A stretch of 64,000 nt of DNA. Source: Monocercomonoides exilis PA203 (Eukaryota; Protista; Preaxostyla). The notes beneath the pieces are model-generated. The model searched no databases, was not told where the DNA came from, and saw only the letters and a program-made list of their open reading frames with translations. Below are positions 1 to 10,810 of the stretch, piece by piece (the stretch's first letter is position 1; each line of letters begins with the position of its first letter). Position numbers and translations under genes: made by a program. The stretch spans positions 744,001 through 808,000 of the forward strand of contig LSRY02000042.1 in NCBI GenBank assembly GCA_001643675.2, in the 5' to 3' direction.

Positions 1-207
1 GGCGGGAGTGACGAGTGCCCACCAGATTATGTGCTGTACAGGAATGAGCTGCTGGGGATAAAAGGGCCCTGCCATCCGCTCATCAAAGACTGGAGAGATT
101 GGAAGGAGATGCAGGGGAAGTCGTTCCTGTCGAGACTGCCAGGGATGATTGGAGGAGGAAATGGGAAGAAGGGGAAGGGGAAGAAGAAGCAGGAGAGCTA
201 CGAAGAT

Positions 208-243
<36 letters not shown>

Positions 244-2109
244 AGTTCAAAAAGCGGGACTGATTCAGATGAAGGAACAGGAGATGAGGATTCATCGAGA
301 GGAAAGAAAGGAAAGAAAGGAAAACAACAGAACAAAAAAGGGAAGAAAGGAGGGAAAGGGAAAGGGAAAGAAGTAGAGATGGAGGAGATGGACTATGACG
401 AATATGACGATGATGACGAAGACGAAGCACCGCCGCCAGGATTTGATCCAGAAGAGGCAGAAGAGAGGAAGAGGGACATTCAGCTGAAGATGCTCAGGCA
501 GAAAGCGAAGCTGAAGAACAAGCTGCTGACACCAGAAGAGATTGAAGAGAGAGAGCAGAAGTGGAGGGAGATGGGCGGAGGAGCAGCAAGAAAGGAGAGA
601 GAGACGAGAGTGTTGGAGGAGAATGAGGAAGGAGAAGGAGGGGCTGAGGGAGGAGAAGGGAAGAAAGGAGATGGAGAAGAAGGAGAAGAAGAGGCAGAAG
701 AAGAAAACGATGACGAAGCCAACGACCTTCTTGGATTTTCATCTGGGCAAGCATCTTCTTCTTCTCGTTCAGGAAAAGCACGCCTTGATCTTGATTTTGT
801 GGAGGATGATGAAGAAGCGATTGATTTCCCTTCAGCAGGTGCGGCTGATCCATCGATGGGGATTGGGATCGGGCAGACACACATGCAGAGCCTGACACCT
901 GTGCCTGGGATGGCTATTGGGGTGACGCAGAGTGGTGTGGGTGGAGTGGAGGCGCAGAAGTACAATGCGATGCTGTCGTCGGAGGATGTGGAGAAGTCAG
1001 ACATGATGGAGATGGGTGGAGGGATGGGATATGGAATGGGAGGGATGGGAGGCATGGGAGCGATGGGGGGAATGGGGATGGGGATGATGATGACAGAGCA
1101 GCAGCTGATTATGGCTGGTGGAGGGACAGCACAGTTCTACCCGACGTGGCATTCGGATGCAGCTGGAAACGGGATGGAAGGAGGAGACATGATGATGTCA
1201 TATTCACAGGCAGCGCAGATGGGGATGGCTAGTGAGCCTTCACTTGCAGCAGCGGGTGTGGGCGGAATGGGGTCGATGTACAGCAGTGATCAAGATGCAC
1301 AATTGCAAGACAATGCAGACGACTCGGCAGCAGCTGCGGGATCCTTCCAGCAGGAGGATATTCAGCTGTGGGAGTGCACTCTTCCGCAGGTGATTCTGCC
1401 ATATGCTACTTTGGATGTGGTGGTGAACAACAAGAATATCTGGGGCAATGCACAACATCTCGACCCAGCGCTGATTGAGTATGACTTTGAGAACACAGAA
1501 CACTGGAAGCCGTTTATTGACAAGGACTTCTGCGAGACAGAGTCATATCCCATCAAGCCGTTCTACGAAGGCGGCACAGAAAAGATCAGACTTCCCTCGC
1601 CAATCTCACCTGCGCGGCTGGAAGTGCTTGAGAAGCAGATCTACGACGAGATGAAGACGGCGTTTCTGAACTGGCGGCATGCGAAGTACATGAAGACATT
1701 CTGGTTTCCGGAGCTCGACTACATCCTGCGGAATGGCTTGATCACGCTGGAGTATCAGGAGCTGACGGGCATTCCGAACGAGATTGGAATCTCGGCGTGG
1801 AAGGCAGACATCACACGGCAGGTGCCGAAGGGCCATCATTATCAAGGGCAGGCATTCAACTTCTGCTTCACCGATGCGAAGAAGATCCGTCACGCCATTA
1901 TGGACAAGTTTGACTTCCACAAGCACAAGTCGAAGACTCCCAAGTATTCGTTTGGCACTTATGTGTGCTCGCATTATTGTGGTGTGTGTTCTGTGTGGGT
2001 GTATGTGGCACTGATGACGCCAATTGGAGAGGATCTGTCTTCAAAGGCTGCAGCAACAGGAGGACCGAAGCAAGCAACAGGAATGCCACAGGTGAAGAGG
2101 AAGTGGTGA
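1..2109 (+). CDS. 5'-truncated gene; C-terminal domain resembling the CEP76/CC2D2A centriole/transition-zone family, preceded by acidic and Gly/Met-rich low-complexity sequence
   Basis: The frame is open from the window start to TGA at 2107-2109. Motifs LPYATLDVVVNNKNIWGNAQ, LEVLEKQI..EMK....WR and YSFGTYVCSHYCGVCSVWVYVA resemble the recalled CEP76/CC2D2A C-terminal motifs (PY..IG..FN..N.W.N.Q; FALAVY..PYP....SVWIYVA). Confidence 0.55.
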
Positions 2110-2979
2110 GGGAAAGAGTGAATGTGGATGGAAGTGTTGACAATTATGTTTTTGAGAATCTGAACAGATATCTTTTGATCGATTGCTTGTTTGTGTGTTT
2201 GTTGAGTGAATGCTGCATCGCTCTGCATGTCATTATGATTCTGTGCTTTTCTTCATCATCCAATTCACCTTTCTTCTGATTCTTCTTCTTTATTGCAATT
2301 CAAATGAAAACAACTTCATTTTTGTTGTTCTGTTACAATTTCTGACTTTCTTCCTTTTTGAATAGCTTCATTTCATTATTTCATTTTTTGTTAAGCGCAA
2401 TTTTATCTATTTTTTGTGACAAATCTCATTTCACCAATTGTTAGCTGGTCTTTTGTTTGTTTTTTTCTCTTTTCTTTTCTTTCACTTTTCCAAGTTTATT
2501 GCAAAAAAGAAAAAGAGGATTACGTTTTTGTTCATCAATATTCATTGCAAAACAAAAAGTTATCCAAAAATTTTTTGTGACAATTAAAAAGAATTTATTT
2601 TGATTGTATTTGGTTTTCTCTAATGAAAAATTATTTAAACAAAATGATAAGATATCTGAAATTCAAAGAACTACACCTTTGCATTATTATTTTGCGGTTA
2701 TTAGAAGAAAAAAAGATGGAAAATAACAATCCTTCAAGCAAATGGGAAACTTAAAACGCGATATGGTTTGATTCATTACGCGCAACAATTGCCCCATATG
2801 GAACGCTTCATTGGAATGATAAAATAATCTTCAATGGAAGTAAATACGAACACATTTCTGCCTCAAGGAATAATAAAATATGAGGATACAAATAATCCTT
2901 TCGTAGAACAATAATTCCATTCAATAAGAATCAATTAACTTTTTTAACAATCGCAAGATAATTTTTCCTGTGTCCTTTT

Positions 2980-5514
2980 TCAAGTTGGCTTGGTCCAGTG
3001 ATATCTTGATGAATTGGTAGAGTAATGCGATTGAGGATGGGAAGATGAAGAAGGCAATCCAAACAAAGTGTCATTCAATCGATTGTTCAGCTTCCTCACA
3101 AGAAGAATTCTTTGGTTGCGCTCTTTTGCGGTAAGGTGATGTTTAACAAATGTTGCTTTTGAACTGCTTTTTTGAGAAGTTAAATGAGAAGAAGATGATG
3201 AAGAATGAAGAGAAGGAAGAGAACGAGAAGAAGATGTGGGAATCAGAAGAGGAGGCAGGTTGCTGATGGAGACGTCAAACATTTTTGAAGCAAAGATCGA
3301 CAGATGCAATTCAGATTTGAATAAAACGTGCTGAGCAGAGAAGAAGAGGCAGCTCATAATGACAATTGGAAGGTGGATGGAGGAATCCTGAATGATTCCC
3401 AACTCGTTTGCAAACGCTTCTTCTTCGCTGATGCCGCGTCTCTTCAGCTTTCTGACTGTTTTGCGGTGCATAAATGGAGGAATATATCTGGATAGAATTT
3501 CTTCTGTATCAACAACCACGTCTGAAATGTTGTGGATGTCAAAGAAAGGCGACGTTGGTTGGCGAAGAAACAAAACAGGAGAGCTGTCAAATTGTGTGTT
3601 TGTGGTGCTCATGTCAAAAATGAATGAAGAGATTAAATTGAAAGAGTTCACTTTGTTAGACGAAATGTTTGCAATTTGATTGCTTTTTTGTGATTTCAGA
3701 GGAATCAAAAGAGAATGAGAAGATGATTTGTGGGTGGAAGAAGAATCATCAGAGAACGACAGAAGTGAAGATGTCAATAAACAATCAGACGAAGCAGAAG
3801 AAGATGGAAATGGCAATGAAGTCAAATGATGGTTCATTGAAGAAGTATTTATGAAACTCTTATTCATCAAATTTTCATCAATCTGGTTTATATTTGAAAA
3901 AAGATTCATATCAAGTGTGTTGTTCACTCTTTCATATTTATCTTCTTTTTTATCTCCTTTTTCTTTTTCTTCTTTTTCTTCCTCTTTTTCTTCTTCCTTA
4001 TTCTTTTCCTCTTCTCTTACACTCTTTTGTTCTATTTTCGATTCCATCCTTGTAATTCTCCGGTGCAGTTCATATTTCTCCGAACTGTCCATCTCATCGG
4101 CCTCTGCTTCACTCATTCTGTTCTTCAACTCTTCCACTGTCTCTTCAAGATCCCTTTTCCCTTCGCTTCCACTTCCTCCTTCTCTTCCTTCTCTTCCTTC
4201 TCTTCCTTCCTTCCTCATCACCTTGTTCATTGCTTCCTCCCACATCTTCATCTCCTCTTTGTCTCTCACCCACTCCTTCTGAATCCACTCCCCAAACATT
4301 CTGTAGTGCTCTTTGGCTTCGTTGATCTCTCTCTTCACAATCTCCTTCTTTTGCTTGCTCATCTTCAGCACCACTTTTCTCTTTTGAGGTTCAACTGCTT
4401 TCTTTTCATCTTCCTTTTCATCATCTTTTTCTTCTTTTCTTTCTTTCGCCTTTTCATCTTCCTCTTCATCATCATCATATTCTCTTTTCCAACCAAACTT
4501 TTTCCCTTGTTTCATTCGCTTCACAGCCATCTTCCCAAACTGCCCGCCAACTCCGCTCTGAAAGATCGCCTCGTCGTCGTCTTGCCACTTCCTCAGCAGC
4601 ATCTCTTTGTGTTCTTGCGACGTTTCTACCTTCTTCTCGTCAAGCGTCCAAAAGAAATCATTGCTGTGTGATTCCATTTGACTTGACTGGTTTGATGAAC
4701 AAATCATATCTGAAGGAGCAGGAGCAGAAGAAGAAGAAGAAGAAGACTGCAACAAAGACACAGATGGTTGAAGTGTTGATGTCGTCGGAGATGTGTCTAA
4801 ATGTTTGATAATGGGGACTCTTGTAGGATGATTCTGCATTCTCGACTGTGAAATATTGACTTTTTTATCAAAGCATGTTGAACTTATCATTGATCCATCA
4901 AAAAAGTTTGGTGAATGCATGCGAAGAACGTCATGTGATTCTTTTTTATTTTTTTGAATTTGCGCACCCTCTTGAAATTCCGTTAATAAAAAGTCTTCCT
5001 GATTTTTTGTCATTTGCTTTTTTCTTAACTTTTCGTTTTCTGATGTTGTTGGCATGGATAAAAATGAATTATTTGTAGATTTAAATGGACTTTTCGCAAA
5101 TGGAGATGATTTTAATGTTTCTTTATTTATAATTTCCTCCGATAAATATTGTTCCTTTTCTCTTGATTTTTTATCGTCAAATTTTTGTATTTTGATGTTA
5201 GGATCAGTTATTTGTGATGAGAATAGATTTTTTCGAAGTACATTGAACGAAATTTCACAAGTTGGGTGTGTCACGCATATAAAAGGTGATGAAGACGATT
5301 CAGACAGCAAAAGAGACGAATTTATGTTTCCTTTCTCAAAAAGCATTGAAGAAGCTGATTGAAAAGAACTGATTGATGATATTAAAGAAGATTGTTCTTT
5401 TTCTATATGTGCACATTGGTTTATGTTCATACAATTTTCGTTCTTAAAATGTAATGCAAATTTTATGAGTTGATAATTGTTAAATTTCCTGTAACAAGTT
5501 TGAATATAATGCAA
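2980..5514 (-). CDS. hypothetical protein, paralog of the 5883-8162 gene; true start uncertain (the ORF track starts at a non-ATG codon, so an upstream exon is possible)
   Basis: 844-aa open frame. It shares KW..D, EAK.H..MFG.W..KEW..D.EE..MW.EA and D.EE...R motifs with the neighbouring ORF. Confidence 0.7.
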   Translation of the reverse strand: MHYIQTCYRKFNNYQLIKFALHFKNENCMNINQCAHIEKEQSSLISSISSFQSASSMLFEKGNINSSLLLSESSSSPFICVTHPTCEISFNVLRKNLFSSQITDPNIKIQKFDDKKSREKEQYLSEEIINKETLKSSPFAKSPFKSTNNSFLSMPTTSENEKLRKKQMTKNQEDFLLTEFQEGAQIQKNKKESHDVLRMHSPNFFDGSMISSTCFDKKVNISQSRMQNHPTRVPIIKHLDTSPTTSTLQPSVSLLQSSSSSSSAPAPSDMICSSNQSSQMESHSNDFFWTLDEKKVETSQEHKEMLLRKWQDDDEAIFQSGVGGQFGKMAVKRMKQGKKFGWKREYDDDEEEDEKAKERKEEKDDEKEDEKKAVEPQKRKVVLKMSKQKKEIVKREINEAKEHYRMFGEWIQKEWVRDKEEMKMWEEAMNKVMRKEGREGREGREGGSGSEGKRDLEETVEELKNRMSEAEADEMDSSEKYELHRRITRMESKIEQKSVREEEKNKEEEKEEEKEEKEKGDKKEDKYERVNNTLDMNLFSNINQIDENLMNKSFINTSSMNHHLTSLPFPSSSASSDCLLTSSLLSFSDDSSSTHKSSSHSLLIPLKSQKSNQIANISSNKVNSFNLISSFIFDMSTTNTQFDSSPVLFLRQPTSPFFDIHNISDVVVDTEEILSRYIPPFMHRKTVRKLKRRGISEEEAFANELGIIQDSSIHLPIVIMSCLFFSAQHVLFKSELHLSIFASKMFDVSISNLPPLLIPTSSSRSLPSLHSSSSSSHLTSQKSSSKATFVKHHLTAKERNQRILLVRKLNNRLNDTLFGLPSSSSHPQSHYSTNSSRYHWTKPT

Positions 5515-5882
5515 TAGATTCTATCTTCAAACAGAAAATCAAATGTAATTGTCTTAAAAATTCAAAAAAGTGTTCAACGCAATATTTTATCTTTTGGTAG
5601 AATTCTTAAAAAATGAAAAAATAAATATTCTTTTGGTTTGATCTTATATTTTTTCAATTTGCTTGCATCAATACATATTTTAATATCAATATTTAATTGT
5701 CAAATGAAAAGCATCTTTAAATAAAAATACTAGAACAAGAAAACAGAAAACTATTATCCAACAAAACAAAAAATAAAACAAAATTTCATTTTCAAAGGTA
5801 GTTTAAAAAATCATGTTGTTATTTTCTGAATGATCAGAAAATATATCTTAATGAAAGACTAACTTGTGAAAAAATTCAAAAA

Positions 5883-6645
5883 TCAAGCAACCATAAATTG
5901 TTTGGAGTTGCTCATAAGACTTTCGTAACTCTCATGCCTCATTCGTTCGCAAATCTTTCTTTTATCCGTTCTGTTCATCAGAACATGGCTGTGAAAGTAA
6001 TCGATGCTGGTAATAAAAGCACCTGAAAGAAAACAGGAATTTCTCTGATGATTGTTCAATTCATCAATAATATTTGATTCTTTCCAGTGTGACAATGCAT
6101 TTAATCTGATGATTATTGGTGACTCATTTCGCACTTGCTGAATTGCAGAGTAAAGTTTTTTCACTTTCTTGTTGCTTGTCTTGGAGTTAAACAGCCTGTC
6201 GTCGAATCTCTTAATCATTTCCTCCACATCAGTGAAGCCTTCAGCCGTTTTTTGTGGCTTGTTTTCTTTTGACCCATTCATTGAGTGACTATTTTGTAAA
6301 ACAGGCACAATTGATGTATTGTCCTCTGTGGAAGAAGAAGCAAAAGGAGAATAAAATGTTTGATTTGAAGGAAATTCTGTTTGCTTGTTCCATGAAAATG
6401 AAGCGAAAGATGGCATAATTGATGGCTTTGTCATATTTGATGACCTTTGAAATGTTGAATGTGAAGCTTCACAACTGGAAATATATCTCTTTTCAATTTC
6501 TTTTTGATCTAATAATTTGTACTCATTCAAATAGAGTGCTGCTAAATTGCTTTCTATTAGCTGTGTTTTGTAAGTGCTTTCTTCTGAATGTTGTTTTCTG
6601 AAATTTCCTTTTCCTCTTCTTTCTTCCTCCTTTTGCCCGTCTTCT

Positions 6646-6682
<37 letters not shown>

Positions 6683-8162
6683 TTTCATCATCAGTCAATG
6701 TTTCTTTGAAGTCTCCATTGAATTCTCTTTCTCTCTCATTTTCCTTTTCAAGCAGTCTCTTTTCTGCCTCGTCCCACATCAGCTTTTCCTCTTCATCCAA
6801 AATCCATTCCTTTCTCACCCACATCCCAAACATCTTTTTGTGCTTTTTTGCTTCTTTTATCTGACTTTTGATTAAATCTCGTCTCGCTCTTCTCATTCGG
6901 CTCACTTGTCTGTCTGAATGCTTGTCATATTCATTCATTTTTTCTATTTTGCCAATAGCTTTCTCTTTTCCAATGGTATCTTCGTTGTCGTTGGTGCTTC
7001 TATCCAAGCTGTTGTCGTATTGTTCAATTCTTTTATTCATTAACAGGGAGTGTTCTTTGGATTTTGATGTTTCTAGGAAATCGTTGTTGTTTGTCCATTC
7101 ATCTTTCCATTGAAAGCTCTTGTTTTCTGTCCTGTTGTGTATGCAATCTGCATATTTCTGCTCTTGCACAGCCATTTTCGCGTCTTCTTCGCCCCATTTG
7201 GACAACATCCCCGATCGTGTCATTGACTCAAAATTGGATTTTATTTCGCCTTCGGTGTTGTACTTGACGTCTTGGCAGAAGAACCTCCCTGAATTTGTAA
7301 TCAGGTTCCAATTTGCTCGTCTTGGCCGAAGCAAAATTGAAGCCACTTCTTTCGAAAATGGTAATGCTGATGATTGCAATTGCGGCTGAGATTGTGATTG
7401 TAATGGGGCATGACGAGATATCTGTTGAAGAGAAACAGAAGGATGCGAATTGTCATAAATTGTAGGAGTTGATATATTTGATGAACACGATAATGATAAT
7501 GATAATGATTTAGTTTCTTTATCGAAAGAAGAACCCTCAAAAGATGGATCAATTTTTTGCAGCATTGAATGTGAATTTGAGGGAGTATTTTTGTATGAGT
7601 GTTTGCTTCTTATATTTTGAGGAGAGAAAGAATTTGAGTCAAAAAAAGGATGATCTTCTGTTTGAAACTTTGAAAGAAACGAATTTTCCACGTTCTGCAG
7701 CTTTGATCTACTCTCCTTTCTTTCTACGTTGGTTTGAATAGTTTGAATATTCGACTCTTGTTTTGTTGAAACAAAAAAAGGTGTTGTTGACTGAGATAAT
7801 TGATCTATTGAAATCTTATCGTTCTTAAAACTTAAATCTGAATGATTCTGTGATATTGATGATGTAAAGTAGTGCACTTTTCTTACATTAGGAAACCAAG
7901 AGTCATGACAATCTCCTGTTTTGGTTTCAGATTCAATTGAACTTTTTCCTTTCAATAAATTGGGGAGTGTGTCATCTAAATTAAAAGATAATTGAGCCAT
8001 TCTTTGACTAAATGGCATTGTATCAATTTCTCTCGTAAAAATATTGGAAGAGCAATTTTGCATTTCTTTAAAATAATAACTCGAAAAGTTATCTTTTGAA
8101 TAAAAGTCAATTCTGTTTAATGCATTTTCTAATAAAGTTAAATAATGTTCAATTGAACACAC
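5883..8162 (-). CDS. hypothetical protein, paralog of the 2980-5514 gene; true start uncertain
   Basis: 759-aa open frame. IKEAKKHKKMFGMWVRKEWILDEEEKLMWDEA matches INEAKEHYRMFGEWIQKEWVRDKEEMKMWEEA in the downstream gene. Confidence 0.7.
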
Positions 8163-8465
8163 TTATCAAATTATAATTCTTCCAAAAGACTTAATTGCTT
8201 TTCACAAATAAATATATATTTTTCAATGTGTTTTATATTTTTGTTATGGTCATTTTTTCAGAAATGGCGAACGTTTTTATAATTGAGAAAAAATATCAGA
8301 TCTCATTCCAAAATTATCCTATTGTCATATTGGAATTAGTTCAACATTTTTGAATTTAAATAAAAAAATTGTTTTTGAAAAACAAAAAAAACAAAAAAAA
8401 TGGAATTTAAATTTTTAAAAAACAAAATATATTTTTCAAGCTTAATGTGCATGTTTGAAACTTTC

Positions 8466-8564
8466 AAAAAAAAAAAAAAAAAAGAAAAAGAAAAGAAAAG
8501 AAAAGAAAAGAAAAGAAAAGAAAAGAAAAGAAAAGAAAAAGAAAAATAAAAAGAAAAAGAAAAA
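8466..8564. repeat. poly(A)/(AAAAG)n microsatellite
   Basis: Directly visible tandem AAAAG units after an A-run. Confidence 0.95.
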
Positions 8565-9283
8565 TAGTTCTTGATAAAAATTATGAAATCATTTGAAAAA
8601 TTATATTTATTTGATATCTTTTAAATATGTTTTTTTGAAACAATTATCTCATCAGTAATCAACACCACATAACTGCATTAATGAGACAAGTTTGGGCTCT
8701 GAAAAGAATGTTCAAAAATCGAGATTTATCAAAAGAATGGTTTGAACAAAAACCATTTCATTCGAATTTTCATTTTTTTGAATTAAAAAATTGTTTTTGG
8801 AAAAACATGCTGACTTTCACATAAGTTGACCATATAAGAATTATTTTATATTTTTTTATTCGTTTGTTTAATTGATATGACCAGAAACGAAGTTGATGGA
8901 TATTTTTACTGAAAATTTGTCTTTGTTTTTTTGAACTGTTTTTTTTAATAGAATTTTCAGGTAAAAACTCATATTTGAATATATTTATAAAGTTTTCATT
9001 CCAACTCACCAAATTTCACCAGTGTAAAAATCAATTGATGGTACTGTTATTTTTCACAATGTGGTGAAAGATTGTGAGTTGAAATGAACATTTGATGAAA
9101 ACAATCGAATTTCATTTTCATCTGAATAATTAACATAATGAACGTTTGAAAAAACTAAGTTTATTTTATTTTAATTTTTTTTTTTTTTGCATATCACAGT
9201 CTTCCAATGTTTTGCAAAAACTGTAATGACAAAATGACAATTATCAGATATTTTCAAAAATTTTTGGATAATCAGATAAATCG

Positions 9284-9602
9284 TGTGTCACAAATCTAGG
9301 ACAGTGCACATATTTCAACTTCTTATAAACTCATCGCTGTTTATTTGTTTCAAATTAAATGAAGGAAGCGTTTGAAGAAATACTGATTGCATTTTTCATG
9401 TTATGGTGTTCTCAAATACCATTTTTCTTCTTATTTTATTTCAAACACAAAATGTGAAGAAAAATGGTATTTGAGAACACCATAACATGAAAAATGCAAT
9501 CAGTATTTCTTCAAACGCTTCCTTCATTTAATTTGAAACAAATAAACAGCGATGAGTTTATAAGAAGTTGAAATATGTGCACTGTCCTAGATTTGTGACA
9601 CA
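9284..9602. repeat. long perfect palindrome (147-bp arms, 25-bp spacer)
   Basis: 9284-9430 (TGTGTCACAAATCTAGG...CCATTTTTCTTC) is the reverse complement of 9456-9602 (GAAGAAAAATGG...CCTAGATTTGTGACACA). Confidence 0.95.
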
Positions 9603-9673
9603 TTAAAGGACATAATTTTATTTCAAAATGACTTTTCTTTATTATGCTATTTCAAATGATCTATATCAGTTTG

Positions 9674-9745
9674 CGCAAAAAATACCGGACAAAATTATTC
9701 CTCTTGCGGTCATTGAGATATCGATCTTGTTCGGTATTTTTTGCG
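9674..9745. repeat. short inverted repeat (19-bp arms, 1 mismatch)
   Basis: CGCAAAAAATACCGGACAA (9674-9692) versus TTGTTCGGTATTTTTTGCG (9727-9745). Confidence 0.8.
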
Positions 9746-10810
9746 ATGTGAGGTATTTTTTGTGTAAACTGTATTTTCTTATGAAAGTTTGTCTTGAATG
9801 AACAAATTGGTGTTAAATTCCATGAAAGGTTTTTTCTTCCATCTTGATTTCACAGTACTGGAAAGAAAAATTTGGTTATTTTTTGTTCTTTTTGTTTTAA
9901 CCAATTTCCGAACAAAAAATCAATTTTTTTTTGAACTTATTATTAAAGTGATAATCGTCCTGCAAACAGTCGTTTGAAACAATTGTGCATTTCTTATCTT
10001 TAACGAATTTCAAAAATCACTTTATTGTTTGAAAATGTTTTTTTTCCGCAAAGTTATTAATAGTTGTTCTGAAAAACACCATTCAAAATAACCTATTTTT
10101 TAACGAAAAACTAAAATCAAGTCTTCTTTTTTCATTATTTCTTGAAAACTGATGATTTTAAATTCTCTCAAACCCAGAAAAAAATCATCGAATTCAATCT
10201 TCAACGGTTTCAATCACATTTTTCTACACAAGAACATTTTTTGCCTCTTTTTCATTTATTGTCCATGGCATATAACCACAAGACAAATTCATTCTGTCCC
10301 TTTTTTTTCGCTGTGTAAATGCTCAATGAATAATCAAAATTCTGGATATCATTTTCTCATATTCTTTCTTTTTTTTTTTATTAAACATGAAAAAAAAAAT
10401 TCACAGCCTCACAAAAACTGTTTCTGTATTTGACAGACAGGATTTTGTGAAGAAATTTTGTGGAAAAAAAAATAAAATAAAAATAAAAAAAAATAAATAA
10501 AACTATTTTTAAGTGATCAATGAAAGAACGAGAAGATTTTCGCAAAATTCTAATTTTTAATTTCGATTTTTTCAAAATTCAAAAAAATTTTTTTTTTAGT
10601 TAAAATACCACCAAACAGATTTTTTAATTAAATTCAAATGCATTTTTTTTTAAAAAAAAAATTTATTTATTAAAGTGTTTCTGAATGTTATATCAAATTA
10701 TGATAAACCAAAAAGATTCCAAAATAAAATGCTTTTAACTTTATTCAGTTGATAAGTTAAGATAATCTGTGAAATGTAAGATAAACAAAAATCAGTTAAA
10801 AAAACAATTC

